Shown here: piece by piece, positions 22,850 through 35,195 of the stretch
How positions within the stretch are numbered: position 1 is the stretch's first letter
Layout of the letters: the number at the start of each line of letters is the position of its first letter
DNA from: Glaucostegus cemiculus
Lineage: Eukaryota
Length of the DNA stretch: 64,000 bases
Assembly: GCA_976551045.1 (NCBI GenBank)
Contig: CDPCPM010000091.1
Location: forward strand, 6,944,001 to 7,008,000
Reading direction: 5' to 3'
Made by a program: the position numbers and the translations under genes
The notes under the pieces: model-generated
The model's database searches: none
Told to the model about the DNA's origin: nothing
The model's input: the letters and a program-made list of their open reading frames with translations, nothing else

Positions 22850-25800
22850 AGTGTGATTAGCAGATAGCAAAGCATGACTTTTTTAAATTTGCAAATTATG
22901 TTTCTATATTATTGTCAAGGAATTGTTATTGGACTATTAAATTAAACCATAGCAGAACACTTTCCATTCATTTGTAAATAAACTGCATTTTAGCAGATTA
23001 ATATTAATATCTTGACCACCTCCATTTAAAAAAGGCATGGCAGCTTGTGTAATGAACACATTTTTGTCACGTGCTTTTTGATTACATAATCACAATGAAC
23101 AATGCATGTTCTGCAGATTGAGACTGAAGCTGCATCCCTTCAAATATTTTTTCACCTAGAAATAAGAACAAACTTTATCAAGTGTGTCTTAACCTAAATA
23201 TGATTAATTTAAATCTTAGAAAACTAGAAAGATGAGACCTCTGCTTGTCTAAGTAGTTCACTAAGCAGGTTTACTCTTGTCTGTCTTGCTGACTGCATGT
23301 GCCCTCTATTTCGGGATATATGCTTTATATATTTCTAGTTTCAATGTCACTAGACATACCCATAAGAAGTGATTGATGAATTGAATATATTTTTATATAT
23401 CTCGCAGAGAATACTCATCATTCACACAAATCATTGAATATTTCATATGCTTTCATTTGATCTCTAAAATGTGAGAAGATGGTAATATTGAGAAGGGAGA
23501 GAAATGAATAAATTCTTAAATTCTCACCTATTAAGAGCATTTTTCCATCCTTTGTATGTATCCAAGATGTACAAGTATGATTGAAAGTGCTTGTCTTGCA
23601 AATGAGATGATTTTTGACAGGTTGAGATCTGGAAATATCAACTTTAAAAAAGGTATTACAGTGTATAATTGATGTAAATTTTTCACTGAATGTTCAGAAT
23701 TCTTTATCTCACACTTTGGCAGCAAAGATTTACATTGAAAGATTGGCAGTTTATATAGAGTTGATCCATATGTATGTTTGTAAACTGATTTTGCTGATAA
23801 TAATAGACTTGCAATCCAGAAATTGAATTCTATTTCAACATATTTGATTTTGTAAGAATATGCATTTAACTTTAAATTGTCCAGCTAATATCAAAGCGGT
23901 TCATTTATGCCATGGTCTGATTTAGATGCTTTTTAGTTGTACGCTAGGTAATTGATACCTAATATCCCTTGTAACATGATTTAAAAAAAAAACAGAGGGC
24001 TGCTTGCAACATTGGGGTGCCTAAGGTTAGGCTGTAAAAAGTCCCTTCACCAGTGGTGGCCATGGTCAAAAACATTTTTTTCTATTTTACTTTTCAAAGC
24101 AAAGCAGGATAAAGTTTCTCTTTATAGTCCATAATGTACTTTGTATTCTAAATAATTATATTTAAATGTAGATTGTCCAGATGACTAAATAGGTTAGAGC
24201 AAGTGCATTTTGATGATAAGCCCCAGAAGGCATTTGTCCAAATGATGGATGATATAAATGCCCATCCTCTGTGAGCTAGGGGAAGAATGAACAAAGTTAG
24301 AATTCTTGTATTTGATCACGACTGAGCTACTTTCCCCTTCCTGCACCCCATCTGCATGTCCACTAAAAGCATCATTTACATGCAATGCCCTGATTAGTGA
24401 GCAGTGTAAGCATGTTCATGCAAAATAACTACCTAGGCAAGGTACCATTGGACACTAGTGTCTCCCTATCTTGGGAAGGAGTCATTGCTTTCAGGAGATG
24501 AGTATGGGGACAAAGGAGAAGTGTACGATTTGAATCGTGTCCAACTTTTGCTTGCTCCTTGCAATACATGCTCCACCCTCCAATATTGTCATTGTTCAAA
24601 GTGAATCAGTTAAATTTGTGTTGAGATAATTGACCTTTCAAGGGAGTTGTCCAGGGTTAACAAGATATAAATTATAATCTGATACCTTCAAGGTATATTG
24701 TGATCTTCAACATTAACACGCTTGCAAGGTTTGAATGTGTTGAATGGATGTTTAAGTTATTAAATACAAATTTTCCCTGTATTACCTAGGCCTTGTCTGT
24801 TTTGTTAGTACACATATTGCATTATGCTCAATATTAAAAATACTTCACATTTTCTCAAATTTAAATCTTTGTGATATCAAATTTTGTTTTTGACCTTAAA
24901 TGTACATTTAGACATTGATTAACTGTACCAGCTAATACTTGGATATGGGTATTAATCAAATTAGTTTTTGGAAGATGAAGGTTCTTTTAGAGTAAATCTA
25001 TATGTTCAATGCCCCCCCCCCCCACCTGCCTGCCACATGATTTAAGAGAAAATCTTCCAGGGGTGATTCAAAATTTGGCTATCTCATAATTCAATTTGAA
25101 GCTTATTTTGAATGTCACACTTGGAATCACAATTCAAATGCTTTTAAGATTATAATTTATTATCAAAATTGTGTTCCTGTTGTATTTGATATTGAAAAAG
25201 CTTGTTGCAATCGGTTGATGAACTGTTGTGTGAGCTCAGTGACAATATACTACCTGGATTATATAGTATTAAAAGTAGCAACACTTTCTTTTCAGGTACA
25301 GTATATTGTATGGTCTTCACATTTAAAAGCCTTAGTCTGAGATCCTCTGAAGTTCATCACTGAGTAAGAGGCTTTAAGATTTTTATTTAAGTGCCATGCA
25401 ATATTACTTGGTGCAGTAGCTATTTTGGGGGAACACTGGCATTTGGGAAAACTGGAATGTTTGGCATTGTTAACGGGGAAAGCACTCCAACATTGTGTTG
25501 CGATAAGCTGGTAATGCAAGGCAACATGTAGTGGATAAGTGAGGAGATGTCAACTATTGTTGGCTTTTATTCTGACTGGAATATTACACTTCCATTAATT
25601 AGTAAGCATTTAACTTTCTTTCTTAAGCTATCTGAAGTCTGTTGTGATAACTTTGGAGACCACTGCACCTTGCAGTCAGATGTTCCTGTTTTAATGATGC
25701 TCTCTCAATGTAAGGATGAATTTTCTGCCTATAGTTAATGGACAGTGAATTATAGATTGTGGGTATTGAATTTAATGTGTAATCACTATCGTGACATCTG

Positions 25801-25959
25801 AGTTTTAGACTTCATTGACTGTAAGAGTAATGTTTTTAAGTACATTGGCTGTGCAGATACTATAGCAAGATATTCTTGGATTAGTAGTTCCACCTTTATT
25901 CAATAGAAAAGAAACTGCACCCCAGGAACCTGAACTTGGGGGGTCTAGCCAAAAACCCA

Positions 25960-27300
25960 TGACCTAGAGAACAGATGGTGGCTAGCAAGAATAAAAGGGG
26001 CTCTCAGCAACTTGCTGACAGACATGATGTTCATGAGTTCTTCAATGCCTTTAAAAGCCGACTTCAGTCCAAACACAAGCCAAAAATGTGAGTGAACCCA
26101 TCAGGGACGGAGAGGTAGGAAGAAACACTTCCAAGACCACCTAAACTGTGACTCTGTTCTTTATGAATGCTCTGGACTCTATTAAGGTCCAAACTTGCTG
26201 CCACCTGAATGACTAAGAATTCATGAAAGCTGTATCCCAACTCTGAAATGAAAATCTTCAGGAGAAAACTGCGTCCTTGCTGAGCTCCTGAAACTTGGTG
26301 ATGAAGAGCTTTAATCACAAATCCACAATCTTAAAAATCCATATTTTAGAAGAGGAGGATATTCCAGGCAACCTCAGGGATACTGTAATCATTACCATCT
26401 TCAAGAAGTGTGACTGTGGCTAAAAATTAAGAGGGGTCTCCCTGACACAGAAGGATGTAACTGGTGTTCTCCCCACCTCCTTTCCCTAGTGGCTGAAGAG
26501 TTGCTCCCCAAATTGGTATAGTGTCTGTCCATCCAAAGACTTCACCTTTGATCCCATCAATTGAGAGACACTGGACACTCCTTTTGGGTTTGGTTGCCCA
26601 CTGAAATTCATCTCTCTTCTGTGTATGCTCCATGATGGCATGCAAGCCATGATATTAATCAATGGGTGAACAATATCAGAAAGCTCAAAAGACTGGTATC
26701 AACCAATGCTGCTTCATTGCCCCAACACTTAAATCTTTCTTGCAGTGTTGCTGGATCTTGCTTATTACAAACTTGCCCTGGCAGTGCAGTTTATCTTCAC
26801 ATCGAATGGAAAATGTACATCCTTCAACTATAATCCAGAAGCAAGGTCACCCAAACCCAGTAGTCAAGCTGTAGTATGTTTGTATCTACTCCAGGCTGAG
26901 CTTCATGTCATTGACTCATTCACTGAAGATTCTAGAGGAGGGACCTACACTCAACATGAGCAGACCAAGGTTCTGTGCCAACCTGCCCCGACAGCAACAC
27001 TACCCTACCACGATATAGGTTTACAACGAGTCCTGGATTACTTCCCAAACTTAGGGAACTGATGCTCAATGAAGACAGATTTGAATGATGAAATTCACCA
27101 TTACCTTCAGTATGTTAGCATGGCTTTTGGTCAGTTTGGCAGAGAAGCATTCAGAATGGTTTTCAGCACTTTTGGTGCCATGAAAGGAGGGCACAGTGTC
27201 TCAACCTACCCATCAACTTCTGGCCTCATCTGTAGATGAGTTTGTGATTCTTGCACTGGCTGCATTAGAACTCTCGAAACCTGAATGGAGATTTTGTCCT
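25960..27300 (+). mobile_element. Decayed RTE-clade LINE fragments
   Basis: IPGNLRDTVIITIFKK...DCG...RGVSL remnant at ~26360-26445 and other RT-like pieces. Confidence 0.5.
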
Positions 27301-27850
27301 CAATCCCTAAGAAAATGCAATGTGGAGTATCCTTAAGGATACGTTTTTCTTGTCAGCACTGACTTGCTCATCTAAATGCCACATTCTTGTATAGCTCATC
27401 TGGATTCCCCAGAAAGAATTTTGCTTACAGAAGCAGTCCAGTGTGATGTTACAGAAAATCTTTTAAAACCAGATAACTAGTTCCAGTTATCTGGCATTAG
27501 TGGACAGGAATTCAAGGCTCAATCTTGCTGGCTCCAAATGGAACCTCCTGGTGTTCAGCCATTTGAGCTGAAGTAAGTCCAGCTCTTGCTGGGTGGTACT
27601 GCATCCATGTTCCATTGTTATAGTCCAATGCCTCTGCCTCCAGACTGGGTATGCAAGGTTGTGTGGGGCAGCAGACAGTGATTCTGGATGTAGTAAAAGA
27701 TATTTGTAGGTAACACTTCCCAATCTGGTCAAGGCATTGACTGCTTAAAGTAGTGTACCTCATATTAGTAAAAGGTTATTTTTAAAGTTTGTGGATGAAT
27801 TTTATTGGCATATACTCAACTTAGAATTATAGAGTAGTAGAAAAATGCGA

Positions 27851-27897
27851 TACAGAAAAAGGCCCTTCTGCCTACAGAAAAAGGCCCTTCTGCCTAC
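27851..27897. repeat. 22-bp tandem duplication in a CR1/SINE tail
   Basis: TACAGAAAAAGGCCCTTCTGCC x2. Confidence 0.9.
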
Positions 27898-27934
27898 CAG
27901 TCTGTGCTGATTATCACACACCTATTCTTGTACT

Positions 27935-28230
27935 TAGAACAGTACAGAACAATACAGGCCCTTCGGCCCACAATGTTGTCCCGACCTTCAAACCACACCT
28001 AAGACTAACTAACCCCTTCCTCCCACATATCCCTCTATTTTAAATTCCTCCATATGCCTACCTAGTAATCTCTTAAATTGACCATGTATCTGCCTCCACC
28101 ACCACCCCAGGCAACGTATTCCATGCCCCAGCCACTCTCTGCGTGAAAAGCCTCCCTCTGATATCTCCCCTGAACTTCCCACCCATTACTTTAAAGCCAT
28201 GCCCTCTTGTATTGAGCATTGGTGCTCTGG
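27935..28230 (-). mobile_element. CR1 LINE 3' end
   Basis: LNTRGHGFKVMGGKFRGDIRGRLFTQRVAGAWNTLPGVVVEA. Confidence 0.85.
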
Positions 28231-31200
28231 TTAAGTAAGGTAAGTAGGTAGGATCGTACAAAGTAAAGAGGGGAGCTAATTACTTCCTTGTCGTCTGCTG
28301 AGGTGTAGTTTATTACATTTTGCTGACAGTTTTTATTTTTAACTATTATTCTTCCTGTACTGCAAGGGCTTGACCACACCCTGCAGTGAAATGGCCAGCT
28401 AGAGAATACAAGCTTCACAGTGTGACCTGTGCTTGAATATTTTTAATTTTTAAAATTTTATTTGACTGGCACAAGTCAAACCTAATGTATTCTGCTTGCA
28501 GTCCTATCAACACACCCCAGATTCTACTGGGGGCAATTTATAGTGACCTGCAAACTTACCAACTCCCCAAATCTTTGGGATGTGGGAGGAAACCTGTGGA
28601 GTCATGGGGAGAATTTTTTTTCTATGGCACTATTTAAATGTAACAAAATGTAAGATGTCTAAATTTTACCTTTCTTTCAAGTATTTATGCTTGATTTTAA
28701 AGGGTTTTGTTTTTGTTATGGTATATTGTTGGCTGATTCTTGCTTTTTTGAATTGTAGCATATAGCCAAGCAGGCTGTGTATAATGCTTGTATTTAACTG
28801 CTTCAGGAAGGGCTGATATACTACTCTTTTCTATTCTCAATGCTTTGGATTCTCCCACAATGTAATTGCACTTTATTGGTCAGCATTGAAGGAAAGGCAA
28901 AAACTGCAACATTTTGAAACTTGCAATTCAGGACTTTTTCTTGGCATACTTCTCCCTGATTACTGAAGAATAATAGGGAAGCCATACTGCTTTCAGGTAT
29001 TTGTGATTTGAGCACCTGGCCCACTTGGATTAGACACTTGTGATGGTAAGAAGGCACTTTATATTCCCTACTGTCTTGAACTCTTGTCTGTTTCCAGACA
29101 TACCAATGACACTTGGGACATGCCTTCCAGTTTGCTCTAAAGATGAGCATTTTAAGTAGGCATGACTAACCTAAATAGAGTTTCTGATAGTACTAATGAA
29201 TTAATGTTTTAACTTTAGGTGTCAAACAGTAATGCTAATGATTTTCCAATCTAAGTTATTTTAACATGGACTGTGGAGGAAGCCATTCTCTTGCCTCTTA
29301 GATTTTTGAAAATGTTTAGCTGTGCATTTACTAAGAAGCTTCTTTCAAAGACTCCTAACAATTTGATCTCTGCATTGATTGCTTAATGTGGCATCTCATA
29401 GAAATATAAAGTAATTTTAAAAACAAATAATGTATTCTTTCTATGAATTTTACTGATCCATGTAATTTACTAACCTTTCACGACAAATATCTAACAAAAT
29501 ATTTTGCTTTATTCTCTGTTGGAACAGAGTTAACACAGAGCACAAATTTTTTCGGGGGTGGGCAGGGTTCGCGGGGAGGAAGAACTCAGCTGATTTGAGC
29601 TTGCTGGTGTATACCTTCAGTTTTGGATTTATGAAGATTTTGATGCTGAAAGCTTTTAAGTCAAAACGCTTGGCAAATTTTCCCTAGATATAAGGTAATT
29701 CACCTTTTTACAATGGAAAACATCAGTTCAATTAATTGAAAATGTTTTACTGGTGTTTTGTGTTGCCTTGTCACAACATCAGGTTTTACTTCATTATTGG
29801 TACAGTTTTCCATTTAAGTAAAATCTGGAGAACTGAGAGAGGGTTTTATTATTAAAATTAAGTTGGTGAATAGGAGCTTTTGAGAATCCCATTATTGAGT
29901 GTTTTGCTCAAATTTTGATCTGAGGGCCTCCTGTGTTGCCAAATAAGGAAATTCCATTCTTTGCTGGTTTGTAACAGCTCACAGTGAGTCATACTGTTTA
30001 CTGCAATGAATTATGGATTAAACTATGAACACATCTGAGAACTTGGCAGCAGTTATGCATTTCTATTAAATGATGCCAGGTGTTAAAACTCATTTGTTTA
30101 AGTGTATGGGACAATAATTATTAATAGACTGTCACCTGTATTTTTGATTATTCGTAGATTGAACAGGTTGTAACTAAATTCTCCATAACACATTAAATAT
30201 TTTCATCTAGATTGGATGCAGCATTTTGATATGATAACTGTAAGGAGTCCTGAAAGGGACATTTTAGATGAAGCTTAACATTTTTAAAAGTGACAGAAGC
30301 ATTGCATAGTACCCAAGATGGAATATTCCAATTAGAGTAGAGGACCGTTTTTAACGATTGCTTAAGTAACGTGATACACGTGACATGGCTGTCTGCACAC
30401 ATCATTTTAATCTCACTCCATCCACAATGTGCTTAAATAAAATTGAATGGAAGTAATTGGTTAGCCCCAAATCTATGCAGCTGGGTTTGTGAGCAATTTT
30501 ATACCGGCAAGATCAGTAGTTTCTGTCAATGATGACTGAGTGCTTGCTTTAATTTCAAGGTTCATAAACTTTTCCCTACACTTACACTTGTGGAAAATGG
30601 TTCATTGTTTTTTCTGTCCTCCCTCAGTATTACAGTCTTAAATGGTAACTTACTACCATTTTAACTTGGCTGTATTTTTTCTAAAAGAAAAATAATGTTT
30701 TAATCAGATTTATTTGATGAGTAGAATACTAACCTATTTGAATAATCCAGTGGAGAATCTTTTCTTTTCGTGATTGCCAATTTCAAATTTTCGCATCCAA
30801 CCTACCATTTGTCAGCCTTTTATTTAACAATTGCCACAATGTTTGCTGCTCAGCAAATCCTCATCGACACTGCTGAATTGATGCTGGTCTCTTCATATCC
30901 AGGATATCGTGTGACAGATCCTTTTTTTTTGGACGTTGTTGACGCCACCAATAAAGTCATTGCGTCCAACCACCCAGAAATCTTTATTTATCAACTTTAC
31001 CATTTTGCTATTAAGGAATATGAAAAGAAAGATGTGCCAGGGTTAAGCATGACTGATTCATTGATTAGGGCTTTGGACATTGAACAGTGTTTAATTGCAA
31101 AACAAATTTGGCAATTCAAACCTGTCCAATTATCAAAAGGCAGCAGTATGCTACCAAAGTACAAAAAATATCAAATATATATTTCTGTGTACTGAATATT

Positions 31201-33770
31201 TAGATTTAAAATCCCTACATTGTGTGCAATTAATCCTACAAACAAAGGAAGGTTAGCTCAGTGGCAACACTAAACTGAGAGCAAACATATCCTAGCAGCC
31301 ACTAAAACCACATTTGATATTTTCAGTAATAGGTGTCATAGACTTTGCTCCATGTCTTTACTTTGTTTGAGACTTGGTGTTGCTCAGTGGCATGTTAGGC
31401 TTGGTGAAATGTGGTCGCCCATCATAATTCATCGAACTCACTGACTTCTCAGTTCCATGTACCCCAGATGAGTGATCAGATTAAAAGTCCAGGCTTTGAA
31501 GTCCCTTTGTGCTTCAATAAGTAAGTTCATGGGTAGATTCAAGAAGCTCATTTGTACTTTGCTACTTTGTAATTAATTTGCCATTTTCTTGAGCTATAGC
31601 TGTTTCTGTCCCCCAAAGAAACAGATACCTCCTTGATTACTACCCAACCAACTTCCCTGACTGCCCCCCCCACCCCATTGTATGATCTCTTTCCTACACC
31701 TGCTCTTTGCCTCATAGTAAATAATAGCTTTTGTCTGCTTTTAAGATACCTAGCCACTGGAATAATGATAAAACATTCCTCTGTTTGACGTGTTGGATGC
31801 CCTGAGTAGGCACACTTAATAACAAAAAATACAATTTTGTCTCCACTTAAACAGAATATTGGATAAGCTACTATACAGGCATAGGGTCCTTGTAATTTGC
31901 TGCATCTGGTGCAAAAATAAAACAGCTTTCAACTCGATAAGCTGTGTTTGAAGTAGTCTGCCCATTAAATGGGCCAGAGCTAAAATCTGGTTTTATCTGT
32001 CTGTTGAGGATCATTTAATGCATATTTACTAAAAACAGCCCAAAATAGTATTTGGTTTTGACCTTTATGGGCACTTGTACTGTGCCACACAAGGCCCAGG
32101 AAGATGTGCACAATGGTATAGACTCTGCATGAGGAAACTTGCACAAATCTGATTCCTTGGTGTTTGCCTAACTTTGTGGACCTGACAAATGGTTTTAGAT
32201 TCTCAAGACTGTTGTTGCTACTGGATTCTTGGGATCTTTTTCATTTATCTTTGGCCTGCAACCTGTAGTCCAGAAAAAGCAGCTATAATTGTGGGTATTC
32301 TATAGAGAGGTAAGCAGAGATAACAAATTCAGAAGTGTTTAGTATCTTCAAGAATGGGTAGTTATGATGTCTGAGAAGTAGACTAGACTAGACCTTATGA
32401 AAATCTAAGTGAATAATTAACTTATGGTGGTCAACATTTTTAAATTTTTGATTAAGTTGCCATGTTTAATGGGTAGAAAAATATTGTGACAACTTTACAA
32501 CTTTTGGTACAGTGAGTATAAAACTGTCCTATGACACTGGGACAGTCAAAAGGAAATGCTTTGGAATCGTGCAGGATATTTTAAACAAAATAAATCAGTT
32601 GGTGAGAAGAAAACTGGTGCATTTGAAAAGTCCAGTATTCCTTATATTTGCCTTCCTCTTCTTTCTCAAGCCCTGCCCCCCACTCCCAAATAGATTTGGT
32701 GCTACTAAGGATATGAGAATTAGAAGCAGGAGTGGAACATTTGGGTCCAAGCACTAGCTCTGCCATTTTCATAAGAGAATGGAAAATGTTTTACCTGTGT
32801 GCCATTTATTCCTGGATGAAAACTTGGGGGTCAACAGATATTTGGATATTGCTATGAATAGACTTATCAGAAGAACCATCCATCTTCCTACAGAGAAGTC
32901 AAAAAATTCACTACCTTTGAGGTGAAGGAATTTTTTTCCTTTGATTCCTGAAAATCTGATCCCTTTATTTTGATATAGTGACTGCCACCCCATCTCCCAC
33001 CTTCCTGGTTTCAGGCACCTCAGGCAGGAAACAACATAGGAAGTATAGTGCAGTCTGCTTAATCTTTCCCTGCGGGGCAAAGCTCCCACATCAGCAATCA
33101 GTCTGGTGAACTGTCAGTGAATTCTCTCTATTACAAGTATATCCTCTTATGGGTAGTGAGATCAGAGCTGGACACATTATTCAGAAAGCGCTGGAAACCT
33201 TCAACAGGTGAAGCAACATTAGAGGAAAGCAAAAAAGTTTGTTTTGGATTGAAGCCCTTTAGAGAGCCTCGGGTAGGGATGGATAGGATAAAATGAGTAT
33301 ATACCAGTGTTTGAGGGAATGAGCTGCAAAGGAAGCCCTCCTGTTTAGGTTAATGAGCGGAAATGAGGAAAGCAGCTTAAATTCTATGGCATGAAGTCTG
33401 TAGGAAATGTCCACAGGTCTGAATGTGTTAATAAAACAAAGCTGAGCTAATGTTACCCAGGGCAGAGCTGGTCAGTTCTGTGACAAACAAAGCAAGTTAC
33501 CTGAAGCTGCAGAATTCGGTGTCAAGTCCAAAAGCCTGTAACATGGCTTTTGGACTCGACGTTAAGAAATAACACTGCGGGTCAGATTGTGCTGATATAG
33601 AAAAAAAACTTCAGTCAGTGTTACTGATGAATGATCTGTATATTGGCTGGTTCTGATACAAATAGGAAGTAAGATATTACCTTTGTCTTGCTCTCTCTGA
33701 AACTTAACACTAATGTTTTCTCTGTCCCAGTTCTGATGAAAGGCTTTAACCTGAAACACCAATTCTTTGA

Positions 33771-34017
33771 GGCGGCATGGTAGCGTAGTGGTTAGTGTGA
33801 CGCTATTACAGCGCCAGCGATCGGGTTGCGATTCCTGTCGCTGTCTGTAAGGAGTTTGTATGTTCTCCCCGTGTCTGTGGGTTTCCTCTGGGTGCTCCAG
33901 TTTCCTCCCACATTCCAAAGATGTACGGGTAAGTTAAAAATGGGTTTAAAATGGGCAGTGTGGACTCATTGGGCCAGATGGGCCTGTTACCATGCTGTAA
34001 ATAAATTTAAGAAAAAA
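33771..34017 (+). mobile_element. Well-preserved tRNA-derived V-SINE inserted in a Penelope terminal repeat
   Basis: A box TAGCGTAGTGG (33781), B-box-like GGTTGCGATTCC (~33824), V-domain, CR1-type tail and A-rich end; the flanks rejoin as a terminal repeat. Confidence 0.85.
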
Positions 34018-34842
34018 TTTCTCTTTCCATAAATACTGCCTGGCATGCTGAGTGTTTCTAGTAATTTGTTTCAGATTTCCACGATCTTCCACTTTTCTTA
34101 TTTACCTTTTTCTGTACACATTATTCCCGGTGCAGTCTCTTTAAGGCCCTGTATAATTATGCTAAGATGTCCTTGCTTTCATACTCATTAATCCTTTTGC
34201 AATAAGGGCCAATACTTTTTGCCATCTTTATTGCACACCAGCTGCCTGTTTATTTTCAATAATATTTTTGAGGATACTCTACCTCAGAACAACAAAACCT
34301 TTCAATCTCTCACTATTTAAAAACTACTCTGCCCTTTTTTCTTACCAAAATTTATGATGTCACATTTTTTCCACATTGTATTCCATCTGAATGTCCTTGC
34401 CAGTTCACTTTTGTTTGTGTCCCCTTGAAGCCTCTCTACATCTTCCTTGCAATTTGCATTACTTCCAAGTTGGTGTCATCAGCAGACCTGGATATTGTTA
34501 CTTATCCAAATCAGTAAAATGAGTTATGAGCAGCTAGGACCCTGGCAGCAACCCTGAGGCAACCTACTGGTCACAACCTCTTAACCTGAAAATGACTTGT
34601 TTTCTATCCACTGATTTGTTCCATTTGTCAGAATTGTTCTGTTTGCATGTCCTCATAACATTTCATGAATGATTATAAAACTATTATGTATACAATAGAA
34701 TTTGACTCAAAAAAAAAATGCACTATAGGGCAAATTCATGCAGATGCATCTTTGGAGTCCTTATCAGTAAGAGCAAAAACTGACCTATCAGACTAAAATT
34801 TATCGTTTTTTTTTATCAGTGCAACGCAATGTGAAGTGATCA

Positions 34843-35195
34843 TGGGCAGCAAAGTGGTAATAGTTGCTGCTTATACCACAAGTGACCCAGGTTCAATCCT
34901 GACCTCAGGTGCTGTCTGTGTGAAGTTTGCTAATTCTCTCTGACTGCATGGGTTTCCCCCAGGTGCTCTGGATTCCTCCCACATCCCAAAGACATGCAAG
35001 GTTAATTGGCCATGTGCAAGGTTAATGTGTGGGGGAGTTGATGGAGATTTGGGGGGAATAAAATTAAGTTTAGTATAATTAAATTCTTGATTGTCAGCAT
35101 GTACTTGGACTTCTGAAAATACTCCAATTAAGCACAACTGAGACACAGAAACAGGCCCTTAAACCGGAGGGTCTGTTTCTCTGTAACTCTATGGT
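34843..35195 (+). mobile_element. V-SINE with rearranged 3' end
   Basis: GGTTCAATCC B box at ~34890 and V-domain; tail involved in a hairpin. Confidence 0.75.

Noticed and set aside
30770-31195. 141-aa intronic ORF
   Set aside because: GTG start, no recognisable family, no convincing splice sites in phase with ZRANB1.
33771-33845. tRNA-like A/B boxes
   Set aside because: Head of a V-SINE; no complete cloverleaf.
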